DNA of 64,000 nt from Pristiophorus japonicus (taxonomy: Eukaryota), in contig NC_091980.1 of assembly GCF_044704955.1 (NCBI RefSeq), positions 130,138,001 through 130,202,000 of the forward strand, written 5' to 3'. This document shows positions 49,900 through 61,132 of this stretch, piece after piece. The notes under the pieces were generated by a model, which ran no database searches, had not been told where the DNA came from, and was given only the letters and a program-made list of their open reading frames with translations. The position numbers were made by a program, and so were the translations under genes. Every line of letters starts with the position of its first letter. Position 1 is the first letter of the stretch.

Positions 49900-52800
49900 T
49901 ATTTAATGTCCATCTCTAATTACCTTTGAGAAGGTGCTAGTCAGCCATATTCTTGAACCGCTGCAGTCTTGTGGTGAAGGTACTCCAACAGTGCTTTTAG
50001 GGAGGGAGTTCCTGGATTTTGCCGCAGTGACGAAAAAGGAATGGTGATATATTTTCAAGTCAGGTTGGTGTTTAAGTGGAGGTGAACTTGCAGTTGATTG
50101 TGTTCCCAAACTTCTGCTGCTCTTGTCCTTCTAATTGCTAGAGCTCGTGGGATGGCTTGTGCTGCTGATAAAGGTTTGGCGAGTTGCTGCAGTGCATCTT
50201 GTCGATGGTATACACTGCAGCCATGGTGCACCGGTGGTGGAAGCAATGAATGTGGAAAGTGGTGGATGGGGTGCCAATCAAGTGGGCTGCTTTGTCCTCG
50301 ATGGTGTCAAGCTTCTTGATGATTGCTGAAGCTGCACTCTTCCAGTCAAGTGGAGAGTATTCCACCACACTCCTGCCTTGTGCCTTGTCGATACTGGAAA
50401 GACTTTCGGGTGTCAGGAGGTGGGACACTCACCGTAAAATACCCAGCCTCTGGCCTGCTCTTATTACCAGAGTATTTATGCGGCTGAGCGAGTTCAGTTG
50501 CTGATCAGCGATGACCCCCAGGGGTTAATGCTGGGGAATTCAGTGGCAGTGAATGTTAAGGGCGGGTGGTTAGACTCTCGCTTTTTGCAGATCGTCATTG
50601 CCTGGCACTTGTGTGGTGCCATTTTTACTCGGCCATTATCAGCTCCACACTGAATGTCATCCAGGTCTTGCTGCATGTGGACAGGGGCTGCTTCATTTTC
50701 TGATGTCTTGCGAATGGAACAGAACACTGTGTAATCATCAGCGAACATTCCCACTTCTGGCCTTTATGATGGAGGGAAGTTCATTGATGAAGCAGCTTAA
50801 GATAGTTGGGCCAAGGACACTGCCCTGAGGTATTCCTGCAGAGATGTGCTGGGGCTGAGATGATTGACCACCAACAACCACTTCCTTTGTGCTAGATATG
50901 AGTCCAGCTCATCGAGAGTTTTCTATATTCGCATTGACTTCACTTTTACAAGGGCTACTTGATGCCGCACTAAATCAGATGCTGCCTTGCTGTGAAAGGC
51001 AGTCACTCTCACCTCACCTTGAATTCAGTTCCTTTGTACATGTTTGGACCAAGGCTGCAATGAGATCAGGAGCCGAGTGGTCCTGGCACAACCCAAACTG
51101 GGCATCAGTGAGCAGATTATTGTCGACAAAATCTTCCCTCACTTTGCTGAAGTTTGAGTGTAGACTGATGGGGCGGTAATTAGCCTGAATGGATTTGTCC
51201 TGCTTTTTCTGGACAGGACGTACCAGGGCAATTTTTCACATTGTTGGGTAGATGCCAGTGTCTCTGTACTGGAACAGCTTGGCTAGAGGTGTGGCCATGA
51301 AGTTACAGATTGTGGTGCAATACAATTCTGCAGTTGCTGATGAAGTACTTTGGTTCGGTATTCACTCAGGAGGACACAAACAACCTTCCGGATATAAAAG
51401 AGGTCAGAGGGTCTAGTAAGGAGGAGGAACTGAGGGAAATCTTTATTGGTCGGGAAATTGTGTTGGGGAAATTGATGGGATTGAAGGCCGATAAATCCCC
51501 AGGGCCTGATGGACTGCATCCCAGAGTACTTAAGGAGGTGGCCTTGGAAATAGCGGATGCATTGACAGTCATTTTCCAACATTCCATTGACTCTGGATCA
51601 GTTCCTATCGAATGGAGGGTAGTCAATGTAACCCCACTTTTTAAAAAAGGAGGGAGAGAGAAAACAGGGAATTATAGACCGGGCAGCCTGACCTCAGTAG
51701 TGGGTAAAATGATGGAATCAATTATTAAGGATGTCAAAGCAGCGCATTTGGAAAATGGTGACATAATAGGTCCAAGTCAGCATGGATTTGTGAAAGGGAA
51801 ATCATGCTTGACAAATCTTCTGAAATTTTTTGAGGATGTTTCCAGTAAAGTGGACAAAGGAGAACCAGTTGATGTGGTATATTTGGACTTTCAGAAGGCT
51901 TTCGACAAGGTCCCACACAAGAGATTAATGTGCAAAGTTAAAGCACATGGGATTGGGGGTAGTGTGCTGACGTGGATTGAGAACTGCTTGTTAGACAGGA
52001 AGCAAAGAGTAGGAGTGAATGCGTACTTTTCAGAATGGCAGGCAGTGACTAGTGAGGTACCGCAAGGTTCTGTGCTGGGGCCCCAGCTGTTTACACTGTA
52101 CATTAATGATTTAGACGAGGGGATTAAATGTAGTATCTCCAAATTTGCGGATGACACTAAGTTGGGTGGCAGTGTGAGCTGCGAGGAGGATGCTATGAGG
52201 CTGCAGAGTGACTTGGATAGGTTAGGTGAGTGGACAAATGCATGGCAAATGAAGTATAATGTGGATAAATGTGAGGTTATCCACTTTGGTGGTAAAAAAA
52301 GAGAGACAGACTATTATCTGAATGGTGACAGATTAGGAAAAGGGAAGGTGCAACGAGACCTAGGTGTCATGGTACATCAGTCATTGAAGGTTGGCATGCA
52401 GGTACAGCATGCGGTTAAGAAAGCAAATGACATGTTGGCCTTCATAGCGAGGGGATTTGAGTACAGGGGCAGGGAGGTGTTGCTACAGTTGTACAGGGCC
52501 TTGGTGAGGCCACACCTGGAGTATTGTGTACAGTTTTGGTCTCCTAACTTGAGGAAGGACATTCTTGCTATTGAGGGAGTGCAGCGAAGATTCACCAGAC
52601 TGATTCCCGGGATGGTGGGACTGACCTATCAAGAAAGACTGGATCAACTGGACTTGTATTCACTGGAGTTCAGAAGAATGAGAGGGGACCTCATAGAAAC
52701 GTTTAAAATTCTAACGGGTTTAGACAGGTTAGATGCAGGAAGAATGATCCCAATGTTGGGGATGTCCAGAACCAGGGGTCACAGTCTCAGGAGAAGGGGT

Positions 52801-54160
52801 AAGCCATTTAGGACCGAGATGAGGAGAAACTTCTTCACCCAGAGAGTGGTGAACCTGTGGAATTCTCTGCCACAGAAAGTAGTTGAGGCCAATTCACTAA
52901 ATATATTCAAAAGGGAGTTAGATGAAGTCCTTACTACTCGGGGGATCAAGGAGTATGGCGAGAAAGCAGGAAGGGGGTACTGAAGTTTCATGTTCAGCCA
53001 TGAACTCATTGAATGGCGGTGCAGGCTAGAAGGGCTGAATGGCCTGCTCCTGCACCTATTTTCTTTGTTTCTATGTTTCTATGACCCACAGTGTCTCATG
53101 GATGCCCAGTTTTGAGCTGCTAGATCTGTTTTGAATCTATTCCATTTAACACTGTGGTCAAGCCACTCACCATGAAGGAGGGTGTCCTCAGTGTGAAGAC
53201 AAGACTTTTTCTCCACAAGGACTGTGTGGTGGTCACTGCTACCAATGCTGTCATGGAGAGATGAATCTGTGACAGGTAGATTTCTGTGGACAAGATCAGT
53301 AGGTTTTTCCCTTGTGTTGATTCTCTCACCATCTGTCGGAAGCCCAATCTGGATGTTATGTCCTTCAGGACTCAGCCCGCTTGCTCAGTGCTGCCGAGCC
53401 CCTCTTGGTAATGGACATTGAAGCCTATTGCTAATATCAGTGCTTCTTCCAAGTGGCCTTCAACATGGAGGAGTACTGATTCATCAGCTGAGGGAGGGCG
53501 GTAGGTGGTAATCAGCAGGAGGTTTCCATGCCCAAGCTTGACCTGAACCCATGAGACTTGATTGGGTCCAGATTAAATGTTCAGGACTCCTACCGCTACT
53601 CCCTCCCGACTGTTTTCCACTGTGTCACCACCTCTGGTGGGTCTGCCCTTCTGGTGGGACAGGACATACACAGGGATGGTGAAGGAGGAATCTGGGACAT
53701 TGGCTGAAAGGTATGATTCTGTGATTATGACTATGTCGGGCTGTTGCTCGACTAACCTGTGGGACCGCTCTCCCCATTTAGGCACAAGATACTAGATGTT
53801 AGTGAGGAGGACTTTGCAGTGTCGACTGGGCTGGGTGTACCATTGTCATGTCAGAAGCCGGTGCCGAGGTCAATGCCGGGTTGTCCATCCTGTTTTATTC
53901 GAATTATTGTTTATCGTAGCGGTTTGTTACAACTGATTGGCTTGCGAGGCCATTTCAGAGGGAAGTTACGACTCAACCACGTTGCTTTGGGTTTGGAGTC
54001 ATATCGGCCAGATTTCCTTCCCTAAGGACATTATTGAAGCAGATGACAATCCGATAGCTCCCTGGGCAACATTACTGATACTAGCTTTTTATTCCAGATT
54101 TTAATTTAATTAACTGAATTTTAATTCCCCAGCTGCCTTGGTGAAACTTTAGATCATTAG
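49900..54160 (-). mobile_element. Third paralogue of the APE/RT LINE, split by a young CR1 insertion
   Basis: ORFs 50138-50428, 50494-50754 (GMFADD) and 53573-53785. Confidence 0.85.
51344..53080 (+). mobile_element. Young 5'-truncated CR1 LINE with uninterrupted RT ORF (to 52983) and (ctatgttt)n-type tail
   Basis: 557-aa ORF 51310-52983 with [37 protein letters not shown] and RGDLIE. ATGA duplicated at 51340-51343 and 53081-53084. Empty sites at ~15662 and ~34442. Confidence 0.95.
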
Positions 54161-54906
54161 TCCAGGCCTCTGAATTACTCGTCCAGCAACATAACCACTA
54201 TGTTACCGTATTCTTTGCATCTCTCAATGGCACTTTTGGAGTTTCGATGTCACCACAACTCGTACGTTGATGAGACACAATTCTACAAGTAATGTTGGGT
54301 TTTGCGTGCTAATGAGTTTGACGGCTTCATATTTCAGACAAAACAAATTCTTCAGCTTACTCGAAGTGAAAAACTTCACAGATACCCTTGTTTTAAGAAT
54401 TACTTAGAATTTACAGCACAGAAAAAGGCCATTCAGCCTGGCAAATTGCACTGGTGAGCGGTTCTTCTTGAACGTAAAACACATCAATGATGATGTAAGG
54501 AACCGAATGAGACAAGATCGATTTAATAGTCTTTCAATCATGAGCATGGAGAGCGAAGTACTGAGAGGACTTGACTTCACACACTGAGCCTCCTCCCAAC
54601 TTCATTTAACCCTATCAGCATATCCTTCCAATCCTTCCTTCCTCATGTGTTCTTCTAGCTTCCCCTTAAACGCGACTATGCTTTTTGTCTCAACTATTCT
54701 TATTGATAGCGAGTTAAACATTCTAAACACTCTTTGAGTAAAGAAGTTTCTTTTGAAGTCTCTCTTAGATTATTAATTATAACTTTCTATATAATTCTAT
54801 GGAAATCAGCACTTGCACAATACTCCAAGTGTTGTCTAGCCAAAGTTCGAAATAAACTTAACATGCTGCACAGGGATGTGGTTCAGTTCACCTCAGCCAT
54901 GTTCTC

Positions 54907-56391
54907 CCTGTGGCCGAGGAGCTCCTCCCGGAGTCACAGTGCGTATTTCGTCCCCTACGGGTAACAACGGACATGATCTTTGCAGCACGCCAAGTGCAGG
55001 AAAAATGCAGGGAGCAGCGCCAGCCCTTCCACATGGCATTTTTCGATCTTATAATGGCCTTTGAGACTGTCGACCGTGATGGTTATTGGAGCGTCCTCCC
55101 TCCATTTTGGATACCCCCAAAAGTTTATCAACATCCTTCGCCTGCTCCACGACGACATGCATGCTGTGATCCTTATCAGCGGATTTGTTACAGACTCATT
55201 CCAAATCCGAAGCTGGGTCAAACAGGGCTGCGTCATCGCTCCAAAGCTTTTCTCAATCATCCTCACTGCCAACTCCACCTCACTGTCAACAAGCTTCCTG
55301 CTGGAGTGGAAATAATCTACAGAATCAATGGGAAGCAGTTTAACCTATGCCCTCTCCAGACCAGGTCCAAGACCACCCAAACCTCTGTCGTTCAACCGCA
55401 GTATGCGGACGACGCATGCGTCTGCGCACATTCTGAGGCTGAACTCCAGCATATAGTCGCTGTAGTCACCGAGGCATATGAAATCATTGGCATTACACTT
55501 AACATCCAAAAGGGAAAGATCCTCCATCAGCCTGTCTTCGCCGCACAGCACGGCCCCACAGACATCAAGATTCACGGCGTGGCCCTCGACAATGTGGACC
55601 ACTTCCCATACCGCGGGAGCCTCCTGTCAACAAAGGCAGACATTGATGCGGAGATTCAATATTGCCTCCAGTGCGCCAGTGCAGCCTTCAACTGCCTGAG
55701 GAAAGGAATGTTCGAAGACCAGGCCCTCAAACCTACCACCAAGCTCACGCTCTAGAGGACTATAGTAATACCCACCCTACTGTATGGATCAGAGGCATGG
55801 ACGACTTACAGAAGGCACATCCAGTCGCTGGAGATATATCACCAAAGATGCCTCCGTATCCTACAAATTCCTTGTGAGGACAGACACACCGACATCAGTG
55901 TCCTCGTGCAGGCTAACATCCCCAGCATTGAAGCACTAACCACATGTGATCAGCTTTGCTGGGCAGGCCACTTAGTCCACATGCCAGACATGAGACTCTC
56001 TAAGCAACTGCTCTATGCGGAACTCCTTTATGGCAAACGAGCCAAAGTTGAGCAGTGGAAACGTTACAAGGACACCCTCAAAACCTCTCTGATGAAGTGC
56101 GACAGCACCACTGATGCCTGGGAGACCCTGGCCGAAGTCCATCCTAGTTGGAAAAAGTGTATCCGGGAGGGCGTTGAGCTCTTTGAATCTCAACGCTGCG
56201 AGCGTGAAGAGGTCAGGCAGCGGAAGGAAGGTGTGGTAAATCAGTGCCACCCACCCCCTTCCCCCGACGAATATCAGTCCCATCTGTGACAGGGTCTGTG
56301 GCTTTCATGTTGGACTGTTCAGCCGCCAACGAACTCACTTTAGGAGAGAAAGCAAGTCTTCCTGGATGCTGAGTGACTGCCTATGATGATG
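54907..56391 (+). mobile_element. RTE-clade LINE paralogue of 17790-19273
   Basis: ORFs 54910-55755 (YADD) and 55906-56289; same tail. Confidence 0.88.
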
Positions 56392-57399
56392 GGTTTAGCT
56401 GCAGGTATTCCTCGCTCTGAGCTCAGAACTGCGCTAATGGATAACCCTCATCTGTGCCTTTTTATCTCTAGAATTGACTATTTCAATGCTCTCCTGCTAG
56501 TCTTACATGCTCCATAAACTTAAGCTTATCCAAAACTCTGCTGCCTGTATCCTAACACACACCTAGTCCCACTCACCCATGACCCCTGTGCTTGTGGACC
56601 ATCATTGGCTCCCGTTCTGACAGCGCCTCAAATTCAAGATTCTTATCCTCGTATTAAAATCCCACCATGGCCCCTCCCTCACCTCTTTTCCCAACACATT
56701 GATAATATCAATGCTTTTTGCTGCTCTCACAATAAACTGGAAAATTTAATTCACGATGTTCCCAATTTCCACCCTTCACTCACCTTCACATGGTCCATTT
56801 CTGTCACTTCACTTCCCTTTCTCGACTTCTCTGTCTATCGTCTCAGTCTATCAGACAAATATCCAATGAGTTGTTTGGATGTTGCTTCAAACCCGCAGAT
56901 ACCTGCAAATGACCAACCTACTGAACAATCCAGAACTATTAAAAAGACACTGACTCGCAAACAACAGAGGATTTAATGAACCTTTCAAGGTGGCCATTAA
57001 CTGGTCCAGGCAGAGCATGGTCGATGGGGTGTTCTCTCCGTCTGCCTGCCTCTCTTCCGCGACTATATCCGTGCCCGGGTATCCCTGGATTGGGAGCACG
57101 CGGTGTCTGCCGGTATGCTTGAGGCTTCCCGTCATCGGAGGGCACCAGAGGGAGGGGAGCGCAGCGTGGATACAGGGAAATAATGTAAATTTTTTAAGTT
57201 TTTATGTTAGTTTTGTCATAATGTGGATCTGACAGTTTATTCCCCCTTTTCAAGGGAGCACTTATGGTTTAAGTGTTTCCGAGAGCTGAATTAAACATTC
57301 TAATTAATTAGCCCAAAGAATAGAGAATCCAATTAAACCTGTGACTCTGGATATTTGAACTGTGTTTGAGGAAAGTTCGGACAATTGAGATCCTCACTG

Positions 57400-57652
57400 A
57401 GAAGTCAGCCAATGATGCTCATTCTTCAAAGATCTGATTGGCTCTGGGAGTCCATCTCCCTCCTCACTTTACTTGATTGGTGCTCTGAGAAGATGCAACT
57501 TCTGATTGGGTATTGATGACTGTCACTCATCATCGAGAGTGCCACACCCTGGATTATCCGTCAGTATAAATATAGGAGTTTGATATTAGTGAAATGTTAT
57601 CTTTGTACTTCTACAAAGTTTTTACTTTGGAAAAATAAAATATAATATTAAG
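57400..57652 (+). promoter_or_regulatory. A7 proximal promoter: four CCAAT/ATTGG boxes (57409, 57437, 57476, 57505) and TATAAATA (57565)
   Basis: Motifs read directly; partly conserved in A3 and C5. Confidence 0.72.
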
Positions 57653-60600
57653 ATGGCTTCTCAAGTGCGTCAGAATTACCACCAGGATTGTGAGGATGCT
57701 GTCAACAAGCAGATCAACATGGAGCTCTATTCCTCCTATGTTTATCTCTCTATGGTGAGTTTTGTATTTTTTGCCACTTTACAATGGAGACTATGTAATG
57801 TGAATTTATGAAATCCTGTGCTATACCTAGCCCACCTATTTCTCTCTTTCTGCCCACCTGCCCCAAGCCCTGAATCTATGCAGTGAGTTCACTTTAAAGC
57901 TGTAATATGGTACAATTTATCTTAATTTGTATTTATTAACATTCTCTCTGTTCCTGGCAGCAGCTGTATTTGATTATCTTGATTCTTTTTTCCTGGGATC
58001 TTGAGCTTGATGTAGTTTATTTGGAATACATTCTGCACACAATGCAAGGAATTCAAAATTTGTATCCTCATTCTAAATCACTGCATTGATTTTCCTTACC
58101 TTGCTGGTTCAATGGGTGATGTCATAAAAATAAATCTATGCCATTTCGGAGGGATGTCAGGAAGTATTCTTTTCCCACCAGTGTGGTGGAAATCTGAAAC
58201 GCTTTCTTTCCCAGCCATCCCTCACCTCCACAGGAGGAGGATGGGAAGAAAGTGTTACAAATGTTTCTGCTTCCCTCCTGTTCCGAGTATTTCTTGCCAT
58301 TAATTTTAAGTACCAGTTTGTATCCTTCTGTCTTTCCTCTAACTTTTTGCAATCATTAACTATTTGCTTTATCATCAATTGTCTGTACTCAGTGGACTCT
58401 CCCTTAACCCCTGTGACCTTCACCAAGCACCCTCAAATTCTGAGGGGTTCTCATAACTTTTATTCTGTGGTCTCTGGTTCTCAACAATGCTTTGATTTGT
58501 GTAGACTGTGCCAAATTAATGCTGCTTGTGGTAGTTTGAGTTCCTTGGCATGAATGTAGCCAGTAAAACTTGGTTAGTTTTTTTTCTTTTTTTTTTTATG
58601 ATATGAATTCTGCACTGTGGCTAGATCTAGTTTAGGCAGTTGCTTTTACTGCCTCTCCACTAGCCTATACAAAATGTATTTGGGTTAATAAACAATTATT
58701 ATTGGAGCATGCTTCTGGTGACCAGGGTATAAATCTTGTGGCAATTCCTTCACTAATTTCCAGAGCTACAATGAATATTGGGTGCCAAGATTAAAGTTCC
58801 AGTTTTAAGCATGTTCAATCAAAGCTGAGTTGATGATTATGGAGTGATGCAGCACAGGAGGCCATTCAGTCCATTGTGCCTTGCTGAATGTTGGGTGGAG
58901 CGATACAACTCTGTTTCCATAGCCTACAAATGTTTCTAAATCACGTAAGAGGATGAGACTGGGGAATTTGTAATGGGCAACATAGAGATGGCAGAAAATC
59001 TGAACAAATATCTTGTATCTGTTTTGACAGTAGAGGACAGTAACAACATTCCAATGGTGGATAGTCAAGAGGCTATTGGGGGGAGGTACTTAATGCAATA
59101 ACTATCACCTGAGGAAGTAGAACTCAGTAAGATAATTGGGCTCAATGCAGAGATATGTCCTGATGGCTTGCATCCTAGGGTCTTGAGAAGCAGGGATTGT
59201 GGATGTATTGGTTATAATTTACCAAAATTCCCTGGATTCTGGGGAGGTCCCAGCAGATTGGAAAGCTGCAAATGTAATGCACCTATTTTTTTTTTAAAAG
59301 GAAGAAACTTTTGACCAGTTAGCCTAATAACATCGCAGGGACATTTGGAAAAGCAAAATTTGATCAGGCAGAGTCGGCATGGATTTGTGAGGGGAAGTCG
59401 TGTTTGACAAATTTGCTGGAGTTCTTTGAGGATGTATGGAACAGGGTGGGTAAAGGTAAACCAGTGGCTGTGGTGTATTTGGACCTCCATAAGGTATTTG
59501 ACAAGGTGACACAAAAGATTACTGCACAAGATGAAAGTTCACAGGCTTTGGGGGTAATATATTAGCATGGATAGAGGATTGGCTAAAGAACCGAGTCAGG
59601 ATAAATGGTTCATTCTCTGGTTGGCAACCAGTATCTAGTAGAGTGCCGCAAGGATCAGTGCTGGGACCCCAACTATTTACAATCTATATTACACTCTGTT
59701 CCTCCATCCAAGTTGGTTACGTAGCCTAGTTTGTTCCTCCCAAATTTGCGTCAGTAATGTGTGAGGAGAACACACTTCTGCAAAAGGACATAGGCAGGCT
59801 AAGTGAGTGGGCAAAAATTTGACTGTTGGAAAGTGAGGTCATGCACTTCAGCATAACAAGAATCAAAGAGCAAATGTTTATTGAAGTGGAGCAAGATTGC
59901 AAAGTGCCACAGTACAGCAGGAGCGGAGGAGGGTGGGGTGGGTGCCTCTACTCATTTGGAATTCAGAAGAATGAGGTGAACTTATTGAACTGTATAAGAT
60001 TGAGGGGGCTTGAATTGGTGGATACAGAGAGGATGTTTTCACTGATGGGGAGACTACAACTAGAGGGCATGATCTTAAAATAAGGGGCTTCCCATTTAGA
60101 ACTGAAATATCTTGAGGGTTGTCAATCTGTGGAATTCACTGCCTGAGCTGTGGAAAGCTGAGACATTGAATAAATTTAAGACTGTAATACAGTTTCTTAA
60201 ATGCTAAGGGGTTATGTGGGGATGAGTCCATGATCAGATCAGCCATAATCTTAAATGGTGGAACAGGCTCTGAGCTGTGTGGTCTACTCCTGTTCATATT
60301 TCTCATGTTAGGTTTCCCTATGGCTGGAGCTGAGATTATCCAATGTATTTACCAGGTTAATTGAGTAGGTTCTAGTTTCCATAAATATACATACAAGTTC
60401 AGTGAGACTGAGCCCTTAAAAAAAGTAAGAAAAATGAGTTTGGCTTCATGTACAGTGCCCATGCTGATGAGTCTGCCATGCAATAATCAACTACTCTTCT
60501 GATCCCTCCGCAGTCCTTCTACTTTGACCGGGATGATGTTGCCCTGCGTCACTTTGCTGAGTTCTTCAAGGAGCAGTCACATGAGGAACGTGAGCATGCT

Positions 60601-60660
60601 GAGAAACTGATGGAATTCCAGAATCGGCGTGGAGGCCGAATCATCTTGGCAGACATCAAG
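57653..60660 (+). CDS. Ferritin (H/M-type) copy A7, 5' part: exon 1 57653-57754, exon 2 60514-60660; exons 3-4 expected beyond the window
   Basis: [34 protein letters not shown] / [49 protein letters not shown]; intact splice sites. Confidence 0.93.
58945..60310 (+). mobile_element. Decayed CR1 LINE in A7 intron 1
   Basis: Aligns with 21820-23250. Confidence 0.8.
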
Positions 60661-61004
60661 GTTTGGCTCCATAAACGAGGGGCCTTCTGTTTCGTTCCCC
60701 TTAGACTGATTGTTCACAATACATTGTAAAGGAGTTGGTTCCAGTTCCACAGGAACCAGCCATTCGGACAAACTGGTCCATGCTGGTGATCAGGCTCCAG
60801 ACGTCGTCCTCCCACCTTGCTTTATCCAGCAACATGTCGTTCTAATCCTTTTTCCCTCATGTACTTATTTAGCTTCCCCTCAAATACATCTATGCTGTTC
60901 ACCTCATAAATTTGACAATGCAGTAATTCAATATTCTAACATATTGGTTCATGGTAACCTAAACTTCTGATTGCATTTTTTTCATCCCTAATTTCCTTCA
61001 ATAC

Positions 61005-61132
61005 TGTCCTATTTCCAAATGTGTTTTTACTGTTTGTACTATTACATATGTGCCACCAGAGGGCACTGCAGTCAGACTTGCAGGTTGTCTGTACAGGTGT
61101 GCCAGGTGCAGTACAGAAGGCAGGTCACCAGG
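61005..61132 (+). mobile_element. 5' half of the intron-2 solo LTR, interrupted by a Gypsy element
   Basis: Aligns to 23944-24070; preceded by AATAC at 61000-61004. Confidence 0.8.

Noticed and set aside
51310-52983. 557-aa ORF as a host or domesticated gene
   Set aside because: It is a 5'-truncated CR1 ORF2 with tail and empty paralogous sites. The apparent start is GTG in flanking LINE sequence.
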